A DNA stretch of 64,000 nt from contig JBITNC010000001.1 of the NCBI GenBank assembly GCA_050084985.1, forward strand, positions 210,676,001-210,740,000, in the 5' to 3' direction. The position numbers and the translations under genes are program-made. The notes below the pieces were generated by a model. It was given only the letters and a program-made list of their open reading frames with translations, searched no databases and was not told the DNA's origin. Of the stretch, positions 13,773 through 25,590 are shown in pieces. The DNA is from Nageia nagi (lineage: Eukaryota > Plantae > Pinophyta). Position 1 is the first letter of the stretch, and each line of letters starts with the position of its first letter.

Positions 13773-14386
13773 TCGAACTCATAAGATAACCTCACTTGCT
13801 AGTAATCCAAAAAATATCATAAAGTTATAATGCTAAAAATTTATGCAATCTCATTGTTATTTATCTAAAACACATAGTAGTGATGGACAATTATGATATA
13901 GCTACAAAGTTGATATGTGTAGGGGTTGATGGTGCATCTATAATGCAAGGAAATAAGAATGGAATTTATGTTAATATTAAAATAACCTATGCTCTGTACA
14001 TGATAAAAATTCATTACATGGCACATAAAATGAATATTTATTACAAAATAGTTAGTAATTTTGAAATTATTGCTAAGGTGGAGAATTTAGTTCATGACAT
14101 TCATTCTTATTTTGTACATAGCTTGAAAAGAATTGTATAGTTTTAACAATTTATTGAAAGGTTAATGGATGGTAAAAAATTGCTTAACAATATTTATACT
14201 AGATGGATTTCTTTGTATTTTTTTGTACTTAGAGTATGCAAAGAATATATCTCATTAAGTGGGTATATGTAGAAAAATCCAATAGAAGTTGATAAAGCAA
14301 AATATGTATTATACAAGTTAACAAATATTAAAACATTACTCAATTTTAAAAGAAATGCATAATGTGATGAAAATAGCTCAAATAAG

Positions 14387-14389
<3 letters not shown>

Positions 14390-14459
<70 letters not shown>
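14390..14459. repeat. (TA)n microsatellite, ~34 units
   Basis: Perfect TA run interrupting the transposase remnant. Confidence 0.99.
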
Positions 14460-14464
<5 letters not shown>

Positions 14465-15719
14465 ATTTTGTAAGGGAAATAAAATATATTTGTCTTATCT
14501 TAGACAACTTTTATCTTGGAAAAGATAACTTTATGGGTAATAGATTTGAACCATGGTAATCTATCATCAATTTAAAACATCTAAAAAGCTTCTTGAAATT
14601 TGATATCATGGGTTACCTTCGTATTGGTGTTCATGATAAATTGATTCCAATGCATTATTATTATAGGAATGATGATATTTATATGGAAGGTTTAGAATAA
14701 ATACCTATAACATCATAATTTTTTGATCATCTTATTTCTAATGTAAGAAGAAAATTACAAAAGGTATCAAAAAGGGTGTTAAGTGAAATAAGAGATCAGT
14801 TTAGTAAGGATGATTTGATGGAGTCAATGAGTATAGTTCACCCATATTTTTTATCAATATATAATAGTTGCATGATTTCAATATATAATAAATACATGAG
14901 TAATATTATGAAACACTTTTGTTGATAGGTTCATATTAATGGTTTAAAAATTCTTAGTATTTTAGAAAAGAATAGTTGATAGATCAATCAAACCAATTCA
15001 ATGTTACTATGTATAAACAATACAAGCAATTGAGTGAACCAAGTAAAAATGACTTAAAAGTATGATTATGGGGTAGATTGTATCCAAGTACAATTTTGCA
15101 AACACAAATAAGTTAATATTTTTTACTATACAAATAACGTTAGATAATGATTTTGGGATCTATTAAGGATAAATGGGATTTTTAGTGCATTAGGTTATAT
15201 CAAATCAAAAGTTTGTAATAGATTGGATAAGAACTTGGAAACATGTTTAAGAATTTATACATCTAAGTATGCCTTAGATAATTTTCCATATGATAGGGTT
15301 GTTTCTACATGATATTCAATTGCAAATAGGAGAGGAGCATCAAGGACTAAATTTGTTGAACATGCTAAAAATGGGGAAGTGGAAGTAATTCACAAAGATA
15401 AGTTTTATGAGAAAATTATTGAAAAGGGATTATTTCAAATGCAAGAAAATAATAAAGATGAAGATAAAGAAAGTGAAGATGCATAATTTTCTTTTAGTCT
15501 TATCAAATTCATTTTTTATATAATATGTTTTAATTTCATATTGATTGAAAAGATATGTGATATTATTTAATATTTTCGAATCTTAGATTTTTTGTGTAAT
15601 GTGTAATTTGAATTATTGTTTGAATTTATAAATTATTTTTTATCTTACTCAATTTTTTAAACTATTTGAAAATATTTCAAATATTATTAGTTATTTATGA
15701 ATATCAAATTTTTAAGTGA

Positions 15720-16070
15720 GCAATTGCAAATTGTATATGAGATGATAAGCATGTAGTTGCAGTCAAGCTAGTTACATGTAGTGGCATTCAAGCTAATTGC
15801 ATTTTGTTATAGATAGGATCATTGCATCTGAGCTAGTTCCATATTATTGCAACTACCTTGACTACAACTACATGCAACCAACCTAGTTGTAACTAGGTGT
15901 AACCACCTCATATGCAACTAGATGCAACTAGCTCGAATACAACTACATGCATCCAGGTTAGAAGAATGTTATAGTAATACCAGATGTAAGCAATTGTATT
16001 TGGGTGAAATGCATTTATATGCATCTTAGCTAGTTGTAATTACTTGCATATAACCTAACTGTAGCTCTTT
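15720..16070. repeat. TGCAACT/AGTTGCA direct and inverted repeat cluster (probable subterminal repeats of a DNA transposon)
   Basis: GCATGTAGTTGCAGTCAAGCTAGTT (~15750) is the near-perfect reverse complement of AACTACCTTGACTACAACTACATGC (~15851), and is echoed again at ~15927. Confidence 0.7.
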
Positions 16071-16519
16071 TCTCTTAACATGGTTATGTGTATTTCTAGT
16101 TTGTTATAATAAGTTACCAAATTAACTACCCAAAAAAATTATTACAAATTTATAATCAAGTTAAAAAAATTACAAATCCATATAATGATATATATCTAGT
16201 TTTATGAATATGTTACTTACAAAATGGTAAACAACATCATCAAACAACATACAATAAGTGTTATGCATATCATAACAATTAGGTTTTCAATATTCTAACT
16301 AGATTGCATAACCATGAGTGTAAAAGGAAAATAACAACAAAATTAGTTACCATAGTATATTGAATAGTAAATAATTAAAATTAAAAAATACAAAATAATC
16401 TAAATTTATATAATAAGATTTATAAAATTCTCATATAAAATGGCAAGCCTCCCACATTACTAAAATGATAATACTTCACTAAAACTATTAAGATCATATA
16501 TATCCCACTTCAATTCGAT

Positions 16520-19260
16520 GGTTGTTGAGCTAAGGCTTATGCTTCTGAACACTCTTGAGTTTCTCTATAAAATACATTTTCCTTTTCTAGGTTAATAGCA
16601 AAGAAATATATTTTTGAAATAATATCATGTTCTCCCTTCAATGGATTAACAATATCAAATTGTATAGATGAAGTACTCACATCTTTCTTCTTCAACAGAT
16701 TCTTATAATCTATGTTGTATTCTTGGATGATCAATTTTAAAAGTTGATTTTCTTATTTAAGTTAAGAAATAATTTTACTTTTCTCTACCCATTATAGCAA
16801 GCATGCCTTTACATTTTTGAAATGCTACTACATCACTTTTGCTATATTCTTCAAGTTTGCATATCTTACTTGTGTTCAAAATTAAAATTGATTCTAACTC
16901 AGAAAATTTTGTAAAATACCATGAAAATATAATTTTAATTCTAATTATTAAAACTTACATTAGATCTTTACTTTTCCACATTTGATGTATTTAGTAATTT
17001 TTGATTATTTTTCAATTTATCAAAATAATCTTGGGCTTCCATATTGATATTTTCCAAATTATCGAGAGCCATGTTTAGAATATCATCAAATGCTCTCTTT
17101 TAAAACTTAAGATTCCTTTCATTTGAATCTTTCACCAAGGTATCAATGATAGTTATGTTATGTGCAATGACCTCATACAACTTGTCTCTTATATCAATGT
17201 TTTTTTACATTTCTCCTAAACACTTAATTTTTTCAAATAAGGAATGAGAATCTGGTTGATATTTTTTAAAGTAGCCTCTGCTACATCAATTGAATTTTTG
17301 AAATCTAAAGCATCATATATTAATTCTTTGCTTAACTTTTCTCAATATATTGATGGGGTTTTTTTATTTATCAACTATCTAAGTGGGTTTATGACCTTTG
17401 GAAAATGGTTACTCCCATCCAATTGCATCTTACACATCATATGTTGTTACACTAGTAACATTAGGTTGGCTAAGAAATTTTACAAACATATGGTTCAGCC
17501 TTAAATCGTCCAAACCATCAATTTCTATATTACATAAACTATCATTTGGTACATCAAGGTCAAAATGTATATGGGGAAAAGTTACTTGGATATCAACTTT
17601 AGAAGTATCATGATTACTTATTCCTTATGCTTGTGAGGGTGTAACTATACTACCTCTCATTATTTTTTATTATAGTGGTGGTGGTAGTGGAAAGAAAGAT
17701 TTACCCTATTGCTATGGTATTTTTTGTATATAGGTTAATACAAAAAATAATTATGTTTTATTTAAAACCTCCAAATATTTTTAAATAATTGAGATATATA
17801 ATTAACTAAATAAATATAAATTTCATACCACATGTTTGATATGATGGTGTACTTGTACTAGCCTACATATTTGGTCCATGTATGACTACTAATGGAGCTA
17901 CATTATGAATCATTATTTTAACTACCAAATATACATTAAGGAATTTTAATTATTAACTATAATGATTTTCATAGATAAATGGTAATCAATTTAATAAATT
18001 ACAATTTTAATTTTTACCTTCCTTCTCCTGCATAGGTATTGATTTTGGCTATTGTTCAAGAGTTTTGGAAGATTCCTCATAAATTTTATCTTCTTCTATA
18101 TTAGAATCAATTAAATGTAATTATCTACCACTACTATTCCTTCAATGCTTTTGAGATTTAGTTTGAGAACTAGGAGCTTGAGATGCTATGTCAAATTCTC
18201 CTTGAACTTCTTACGATCATTTTCCTCTCATAGCAAGCTCCCTTCTATCCTTCATCACATTAACTTTTTTCCAAAATAAAATGGATGTAATTAAAACTTT
18301 GAAAATAGATAAAACCTTAAAGTTTTAAAATTTTATATTAAAATTAGATGCAATGAACCTATAGCTAGGTAGGAGATAGAGCTTTTTGCACTATCATTTA
18401 ATGGTGTGATGTAGGTGGTTGTGATTATTTCAAATAAAATATTTCCTTATAGTATAGGGAGAGAATGAAATTAGTTGTATTTCCCACACCTATTATTTTT
18501 ACTCTAATCAACTCATACTTAATCTTAAATAAAATATAGGTTGACCTATCAAATTGAGTACCATTAAAGAAATGTATAACATAAAATACAACCCAAAAAG
18601 GTATATTAAATATTTACCTTGAAGAATCAATATACACATAAAAAACACAATACAAGCCTTAAGAAATTCATTCACCATAGAAGACATCAGAAGAATCCTC
18701 TTTTCTTTTGGGAAATCACTACAAATTAAACAAAAAAATTATGAATAGTTAAAAAGAAATAGTTTAATAAAATTTAACTATAAAATATAATGTACAATTC
18801 TAAAAAATAAAATCATACCTTATAATAAATATGTATTCAAATTATAATACTCCTTAAGATAAAATTTATCATCATTACTAATGAGTATACCAAAATGCAT
18901 GAGCTTGTCTCCTTGAAATAATAATCTGGTTAAGCAATCTATATCTTCAAGGTTGAAGGAGAAAGTGAAATTCTTCTATGTCATAGTCATTGAATTGGTG
19001 TTTACATCATAGTTCTAAATAATATTATCTAATGGCATATTCTCGATAGAAATTTAAATCATATAGATCAACTCATGCAAACATGACTTGTGCACCCATT
19101 CCTTGATTGATATATCCATTTCCTCTAGTAGAAGAATTAAATCATTGGTTGGGTGAGACTTGAAGTTAACATTCTTTTTCCTACCTTTATATCCATTATA
19201 GATACTCTTCAGTTTCTAATTATTTGATCCTATATTCCATTTTAAGTTATTAACCCTCAA
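16520..19260 (-). pseudogene. Spliced TE-associated gene with N-terminal PMD-like domain and coiled-coil-like C-terminus
   Basis: Minus-strand translation LDNII*NYDVNTNSMTMT*KNFTFSFNLEDIDCLTRLLFQG (~19030-18910), then EFLKACIVFFMCILI and QFDRSTYILFKIKYEL. GT..AG-like junctions at ~18818, ~18720 and ~18017. Confidence 0.5.
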
Positions 19261-19419
19261 TATATGGTTAACACTTTCCTCTCTATAGAAAGCTATCCAT
19301 TAAAATGAAATGAATTCAATAATAAAAAATGTATATATAGAGGTGGCATTAATTGCACTATGGATTTGTACAAGTGGCATCATCATATTCATGTGATAGG
19401 AGGTAATATTTAATACCTA

Positions 19420-19858
19420 GGTTGCAACTAAATCAAAGGCATTCTAAATGAAACCAAATTGGATGCATTTAGAATGCAACTAGATTATTCAAAATGCAAT
19501 TAACCTAGATGCATTTTGAGTTCAACCAACCTAGATGCATTTAGAATGTAATCATCCTAGATGCATTTTTAATGCATAAAGACTAGTTGCATTATGGATG
19601 CATCTAAATTAGTTGCATTTTGAATGCATACAAACTAGTTGCATTTTGAATTCATCTAAGCCAATTTCATTTTAATGCAACCAATCCATATGCATTAATA
19701 ATACAACCAAACTAGAATGCAACTAGACTAGATGCATCTAGAATGCAACTAGATTGGATGCATTTAGAAAGCAACCAAATTGGGTGCATCATTCTGAATG
19801 CAACTAGTTTGAATGCATATAGAATGTAGTTGACTTGGATGCATATAGAATGTAGTCA
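19420..19858. repeat. 26-bp minisatellite of self-complementary units (CTAG(A/T)TGCATTnnnAATGCA...)
   Basis: About 14-16 degenerate units with 26-bp period, e.g. CTAGATGCATTTAGAATGTAATCATC. Unit orientation flips mid-array. Confidence 0.85.
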
Positions 19859-21099
19859 TTATAGAGGTATTTTGACTATACTTTGTATGTGTTACCATTT
19901 GCACATGTGATATATCTCTTCCATGTGTGATATGTCTCTTCCACATATGAAATATTTTATCATCTATCAAATTTTGGCATATTTTTTAGTTTGAATGACA
20001 AACACTTCTATAAAATATCAACACATCATTCATTTTAATGTAATCTCTCATTCATTTTTAGGTAGTGCTTAATAAAGAATGATCCTTAAGAAAAGTGGTT
20101 GTATATTTTCAATATGTTCAAGGATAGAGTTTCAAATAATGATAAAGATTATTTTGAAATACTATATAGAATATGAATAAATTATCCATAGATAAAATAT
20201 ATCAAGGTTTCTAACAATTTCAATCAAATATGGTCGATAACAAGCTAGTAAAAATTTTATGGTTTTATTTTAAGTCAAAAAAATTTATCATGTTAAATAT
20301 TACATATATGATTCTTTTTACTTAATTAATTTATAGAATAATATAGTCAACTTTTATTTTAAAACTTTATTCTTGAGCATTTATCATTATTGGTTTATTC
20401 TTGACTCTTATGTAGGTGTGAAGGATATTTTCACCTATGCCCCATAATTACAACAACCTAGAAGAGACATCTTCCATGGTAGAAACAACTACAATGGAGA
20501 TATAGTAGTTTTTAGTCATATTTGTTAGTTTCCACTTTCCCTTTCACCTAAATCTATTGAAGTCTTTAGAGGATATAGGAGACATCATCCATGGTGGAAG
20601 CTTGGAAGAACTACATTGTACTCAAAGTTTAATAATTCAATTTGTATATAAAGTTTTATATGCTAATTAGTTCTTACTTTCAAAAATTTACTATGATTTT
20701 AAAAACTAAAAAAAAAATTATCAATTTTTTACATTTATTTTTAGAAATTGTTCAAAGTTTCCTACCAATTTACATTATTTTTGAAAATTCACCATTAACT
20801 CAAATCAAGTTTCATTTACATTTTCTAGGAATTTATAGGTCCATTTTAAATGATGGGTCATAAAAAATTTTCTATCTGAAATATGTACCAAGATTTTCTA
20901 CATAGTTGTTATCATTTATTTCAGTAGTAGCTTAGTTTTATCATATAATCATTATCAAGATCTTATCTTTTGATTTTCTTCTTATAGGTTGTAAAAAATT
21001 AAGGGTTAAAGCATTTCATTAATAAAATGCCATAGCATTTCTAGAAATTTCTAGGGTTGACACATTTCATCAATAGATTAGGTATTTCTAAAGATATTT

Positions 21100-24000
21100 T
21101 GAGATTAGTTCCACATAGCCAAATACCAACATCAAGAATTCATCAGTATCAACTAAATTCAATATTTTTTAACACCACCTTGAGTAGTTTATATGATCTA
21201 TTTTGAGTAATGTTTACTTAAAAGGATGGCTTAAAAAAGCTTCCTTCAGTGTTTTAATCAAATATTCTATTTTCAATTTTATGCACTAAGTATTCTAGGT
21301 TGTATACAACTCATCCTATAAGAGGTTAGTTTTATTCAAAATAATAATAATATCCATTTTGTAGCTCTATTGTATAAATAAGGTTATCATATTAAGTACC
21401 TCAAAGGACCAACCTAAGATATAACATATGTTGTATTTACAAGCATGTAGTATCTTAATTTTTTCATTGAAAATACAATAATAAAATACATTTTCTCTAT
21501 AGGTGTATATCTTGTATCATAATCAATTAAAGTTTTTCTAATGTAATAGATTTCTCTCTCTTTTTCTTCATCATTTTTTTGAGGTAACATTACCCCCAAT
21601 GCACTTAATGTGGCAAAAATATGAAGTAATAAATTCCTCTTAGAATCATAAAGGACTAATATAGGAGAATTAGTGAGGTATCTCTTTATGTTTTCTAAAT
21701 CTTTTTGACACTTTACATCCCAAATAAAATTTTTATCTTTCTTTAACAAATGAGAAAATGGTACCATCATGTCAGCTAGTTATGCAATAAAAATTCTTAC
21801 AACTTAAACTTTACCTTGGAGACTTCTTAAATATTTCAAATTTTAAGGTGGAGGAATATCAATACTAGATGAAAATTTCTTATGATCAACGTCAATTTCT
21901 CTCTTTAAAATAATAAAACTAAGTAATGTATTTAAAGAAACTCTACATGCATACTTTTGAGGTTTCAATGTCAACTTAAATTCTCTCATCCATTGAATTT
22001 TTTTCCTTAAATTTGAAATATGATCATATTTTCTCCTAGATTTAGTAATAATATCATTAACATATACTTCTATAGAATCTTGAACCAAATCATGGAACAT
22101 ACTTATCATAGTTATTTGATAAGTAGCTCTCATATTTTTTAATCCAAAAGGCATGACTACCTAACAAAATGTACCCTAAGGAGGAATAAAAGTTATCTTA
22201 TATTGATTCTTTGTGTTGATGTTTACTTGATTGTAGCTAGAAAAATTATCCATGAAAGATAAAATCTCATGGTATATTGTAGAATCTATAATCATGTCAA
22301 TATTCAGTATAGTAAAGGCATATTTTAGGCATACATTATTTATAACCCTAAAATTTGACATCTCACCTCACCATTAGTCTTAGCTATAGAAATAATCTTA
22401 GAAATCCATAGATAATAATCAATAGGAATAATAAAACTAGCAACAATGTATTTTTCTATTTCTTTTTTAATTGATAATGTTGCTTTAGGATGCATTTTCT
22501 TAGGTTTTTATTGGATAGATTTAGCATCATCATTAACAACTAGGCTATGAGTGAAACAATTAGTATAAAGACTAGGCATATCAAAATATGATTAAGAAAA
22601 CACATCAAAAAATTCTAATAATAGTAGGTGGTACATTTCCCTTTCTTTCAAGGTTAACCAAGCTCCTATTTTGATCAACTTTGGAATCTATTTGGTAATG
22701 ATATTTACTTCCATTATTTCCTCACTAAGATATGATATTTCATCATTGAGTTAGGGTGATATAGGAAATTCCATCATTCCTACATTCATACTTAGCTATA
22801 AGTACTCAAAAAATGGAGTGGTACCACCTAACCCCAAGTGACATTACCCCAATAATGATGGAATAGACTAACACTTCAAGAATTATATTTTTAACTCTAT
22901 TACTAATGTGATAAAAATGATAAAGAAGGCTTAAAATAAAAGGAAACTAACATGTAATGTCTACATCATCCTTGAAAACCACCTTTCTAAAACAAGCTTG
23001 ATGTTGTAAGATCCATGTAACTATCCTCTTTTCACTAGATTTGGGAAATTCACTTCTTACCACTAACATCTCGAGAATAGCATCATAATTATGAAAAATA
23101 TACACTCATAAAGAAGCACTATGTGGCAAGAAATGATCTACATAATAATCCTATAATTACTCAAAATGTCCCTTCATCATGATACAAGGTAGCTACTCAT
23201 CAAATATATCATGATCAATGACCTGGTTACAAGTATCAACATGCTAAATAATTAGATTCAAAGTTGATTTCATAGAGGTTAATGATTAAAACCCAATACT
23301 AGATGTTCTCTTAAACTAACCTTCATTTAGGATGGATTATATAATGCTTTGCTTATCATTAGCCAACCCTTTTCCATTGTATTGATATTTTTATATATAT
23401 TTACTAGCAAAAGTGGTATTGAAATGCCTACTTACTTATCCTAATAAAGTTTTAGGAAAAAAAGCATCATCTAATTGAATCTATATATTTTTCCTTCTTA
23501 CTCCTAATAAATAATGTTTACATTTGAAATAGGATCATTTGAGTCCTTAGGAATGGAGTAGTAATGTTGAGAATCATCCTTATTTGACTATCATCATTAG
23601 ATTTTAGGTATAGATAGGGCTATCTCAATTCCTTGAAACTCTTCCATATATAAACATCATGTATTTGATATGTGACCATGTTGACTTCTTGAATAATAAC
23701 CTCTTTAATGGGTTTTTTTACTCCCTCTTCATCATCAACTAGAGCATAAGGGATCAAAAATCACTATTATGCTTGGCACAAATTTGATACATTTTCTTTA
23801 GCATGGATAACTAATTGATGTATAGTATAAGTCACAACTCTAGTTTTATGGATCCAAGGTCTACCAAATAATAAATTATATGGCAACTTTGCTTAGAAAT
23901 ATAAACTTTTTGATGAATAAATTTACATTCTACTTCAATAGGCATAGTGACATAACCAATACTTTCCTTTTTAGTATTATCAAATCCTTTTATGCTAATG

Positions 24001-25590
24001 GTAGTTATTTTCATACTTGCATAAATAGAAGTAAAATACTTTTACAATAAATCAATTGAACAAACATTGATATTAGAACTAATATCAACCAATTCTTTTT
24101 TAACAAGAACACTATCAATATTTACATGGATATACAATCCTAAATTCTTTTTAATGACATCTTCAATAGGTAATTCACTATCTTGAAAGCAAAGCATATT
24201 ATAATTTACATCTATATCAATATTAGCAACTAATTTAGTAAAATTTGCAATAAGAATATTTGTATCTACAATATTTTTTAATGCATCAAACAAAGAATTT
24301 TTATGATCTATAGATAATTGTAAAAGATCAAAAATACATATCTTGGCATGCTTTAACTTCTCTAGGAATTATTATACACTTGAATTGCATATAACATCCA
24401 TCCTCTCTAATATTATTAGGTGAACACTCCCTCTAGGCCTTCCTATCCTAGTAAAGATGTACCATTCTTCATAAAAAATGACTTTGATAGTTAAAGGTTT
24501 AGCTCCTTCATACTCAACTACATGTTCTTCATATTGAATCATTCCATCATTGAGAAATTTCCTTAATGATTTCCTTAATATCATGTAAGCATTTGTGTTA
24601 TGAACTTTGATTTTTTGATATTCAGAAAATTAACTTTCATTCTACTAACTAGGTTTATCATCATTTGGACCTAGTTCTTATTTTGAATCAAGTACTATCA
24701 ATCCCTTTTGTAAGTAATCTTGAAATATAACCATAAGAACTAGAGGTAAACTTGTTTTTTTCTTGAAATTTTATTTGGCTTGAATTTTTTCTTGCTCTTT
24801 GGTTTGATTCTCCTTAATAAAATGAACCCTTTATCTTCTTTTTTCTAATATCCTCCTCTTTTTAACTCTTTATATGAATTTCCATATTTCAGTTTGATCA
24901 TATCAACTAAAAATTTTTCCTTTTGTGTTATCCTATGCATAATCTTAGTGAATGAAAGTATCATATAATCCAAAGCTATGAATTTGACTTAATATGGATG
25001 TTTTGAATAAATATAGATGTGACATATGATTTAGAAAATAGCATTATATCATATTCCATATATTTTGAAATATTTATGTAAATTTATCAAATATTTTATT
25101 TGGTCCTTGTATAATACTTACTAAATTTGAAACTATGACTTATCTAGGAGCATAATACTTGAAATGCATGTAAAAATATAAAATAAGTTTTGCATAAGAA
25201 TTGATAGACTTAGAAGGTAAAGAAAACTAACAAGATAGGGAATCACCCCTAAATGTGGGAAATATTTTTCCATCAAATTATCATCCACTCTAAAATTTAA
25301 CTCAAATTTCATCTTGAAATCCTTTATGTGAGCCATAGGATTACCTTCACCTTCATATGAATAGAAAATAGGTTCTACTTGGAGATCCAATCCCCTAGCA
25401 TTACAAATTTCATCACATAGTAGGCTTGCACCCTTAGATCTAGTACGATAGAATCTAATTGATCTATTATTACCATTAATATTAAAGCCTTCACTTCTAT
25501 CATCATTCCCATAAAACATCTTATTTATATTATATTTAGCTACATCATCAAAGTTATTAACCATGGTGAGAAATTCAAAAGATTCCATTT
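21100..25590 (-). mobile_element. Tat/Ogre-type Ty3/gypsy gag-pol remnant (gag, PR, RT, RNase H; truncated before aRH/INT)
   Basis: ORF track: gag YEGEGNPMAHIKDF (25133-25588); protease LVDISSNINVC (24042-24293); RT ILSFMDNFSSYNQ and MPFGLKNMRATYQ...IEVYVNDI (21843-22361); RNase H YTPIEKMYF (21414-21770). Confidence 0.92.

Larger units (their letters stand above)
12400..15340 (+). pseudogene. hAT-superfamily transposase (ZNF862/DUF4371-like), decayed
   Basis: LSLDEVTVVD (first catalytic D, ~13709); GVDGASIMQGNKNG...IHYMAHKMN (ORF 13880-14140, from CxAH); TRW (~14198); C-terminal dimerisation motif FSALGYIKSKVCNRLDKNLETCLRIY...FPYD (15180-15295). Confidence 0.9.

Noticed and set aside
5692-16082. 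hAT TIR pair CATTTAGTAGAGAA / rc CATGTTAAGAGAA
   Set aside because: The match needs a gap and mismatches, and there is no 8-bp TSD. Too weak to call termini.
19420-19858. CRISPR-like array
   Set aside because: Units are contiguous and degenerate with no unique spacers, in a eukaryotic TE context with no cas genes.
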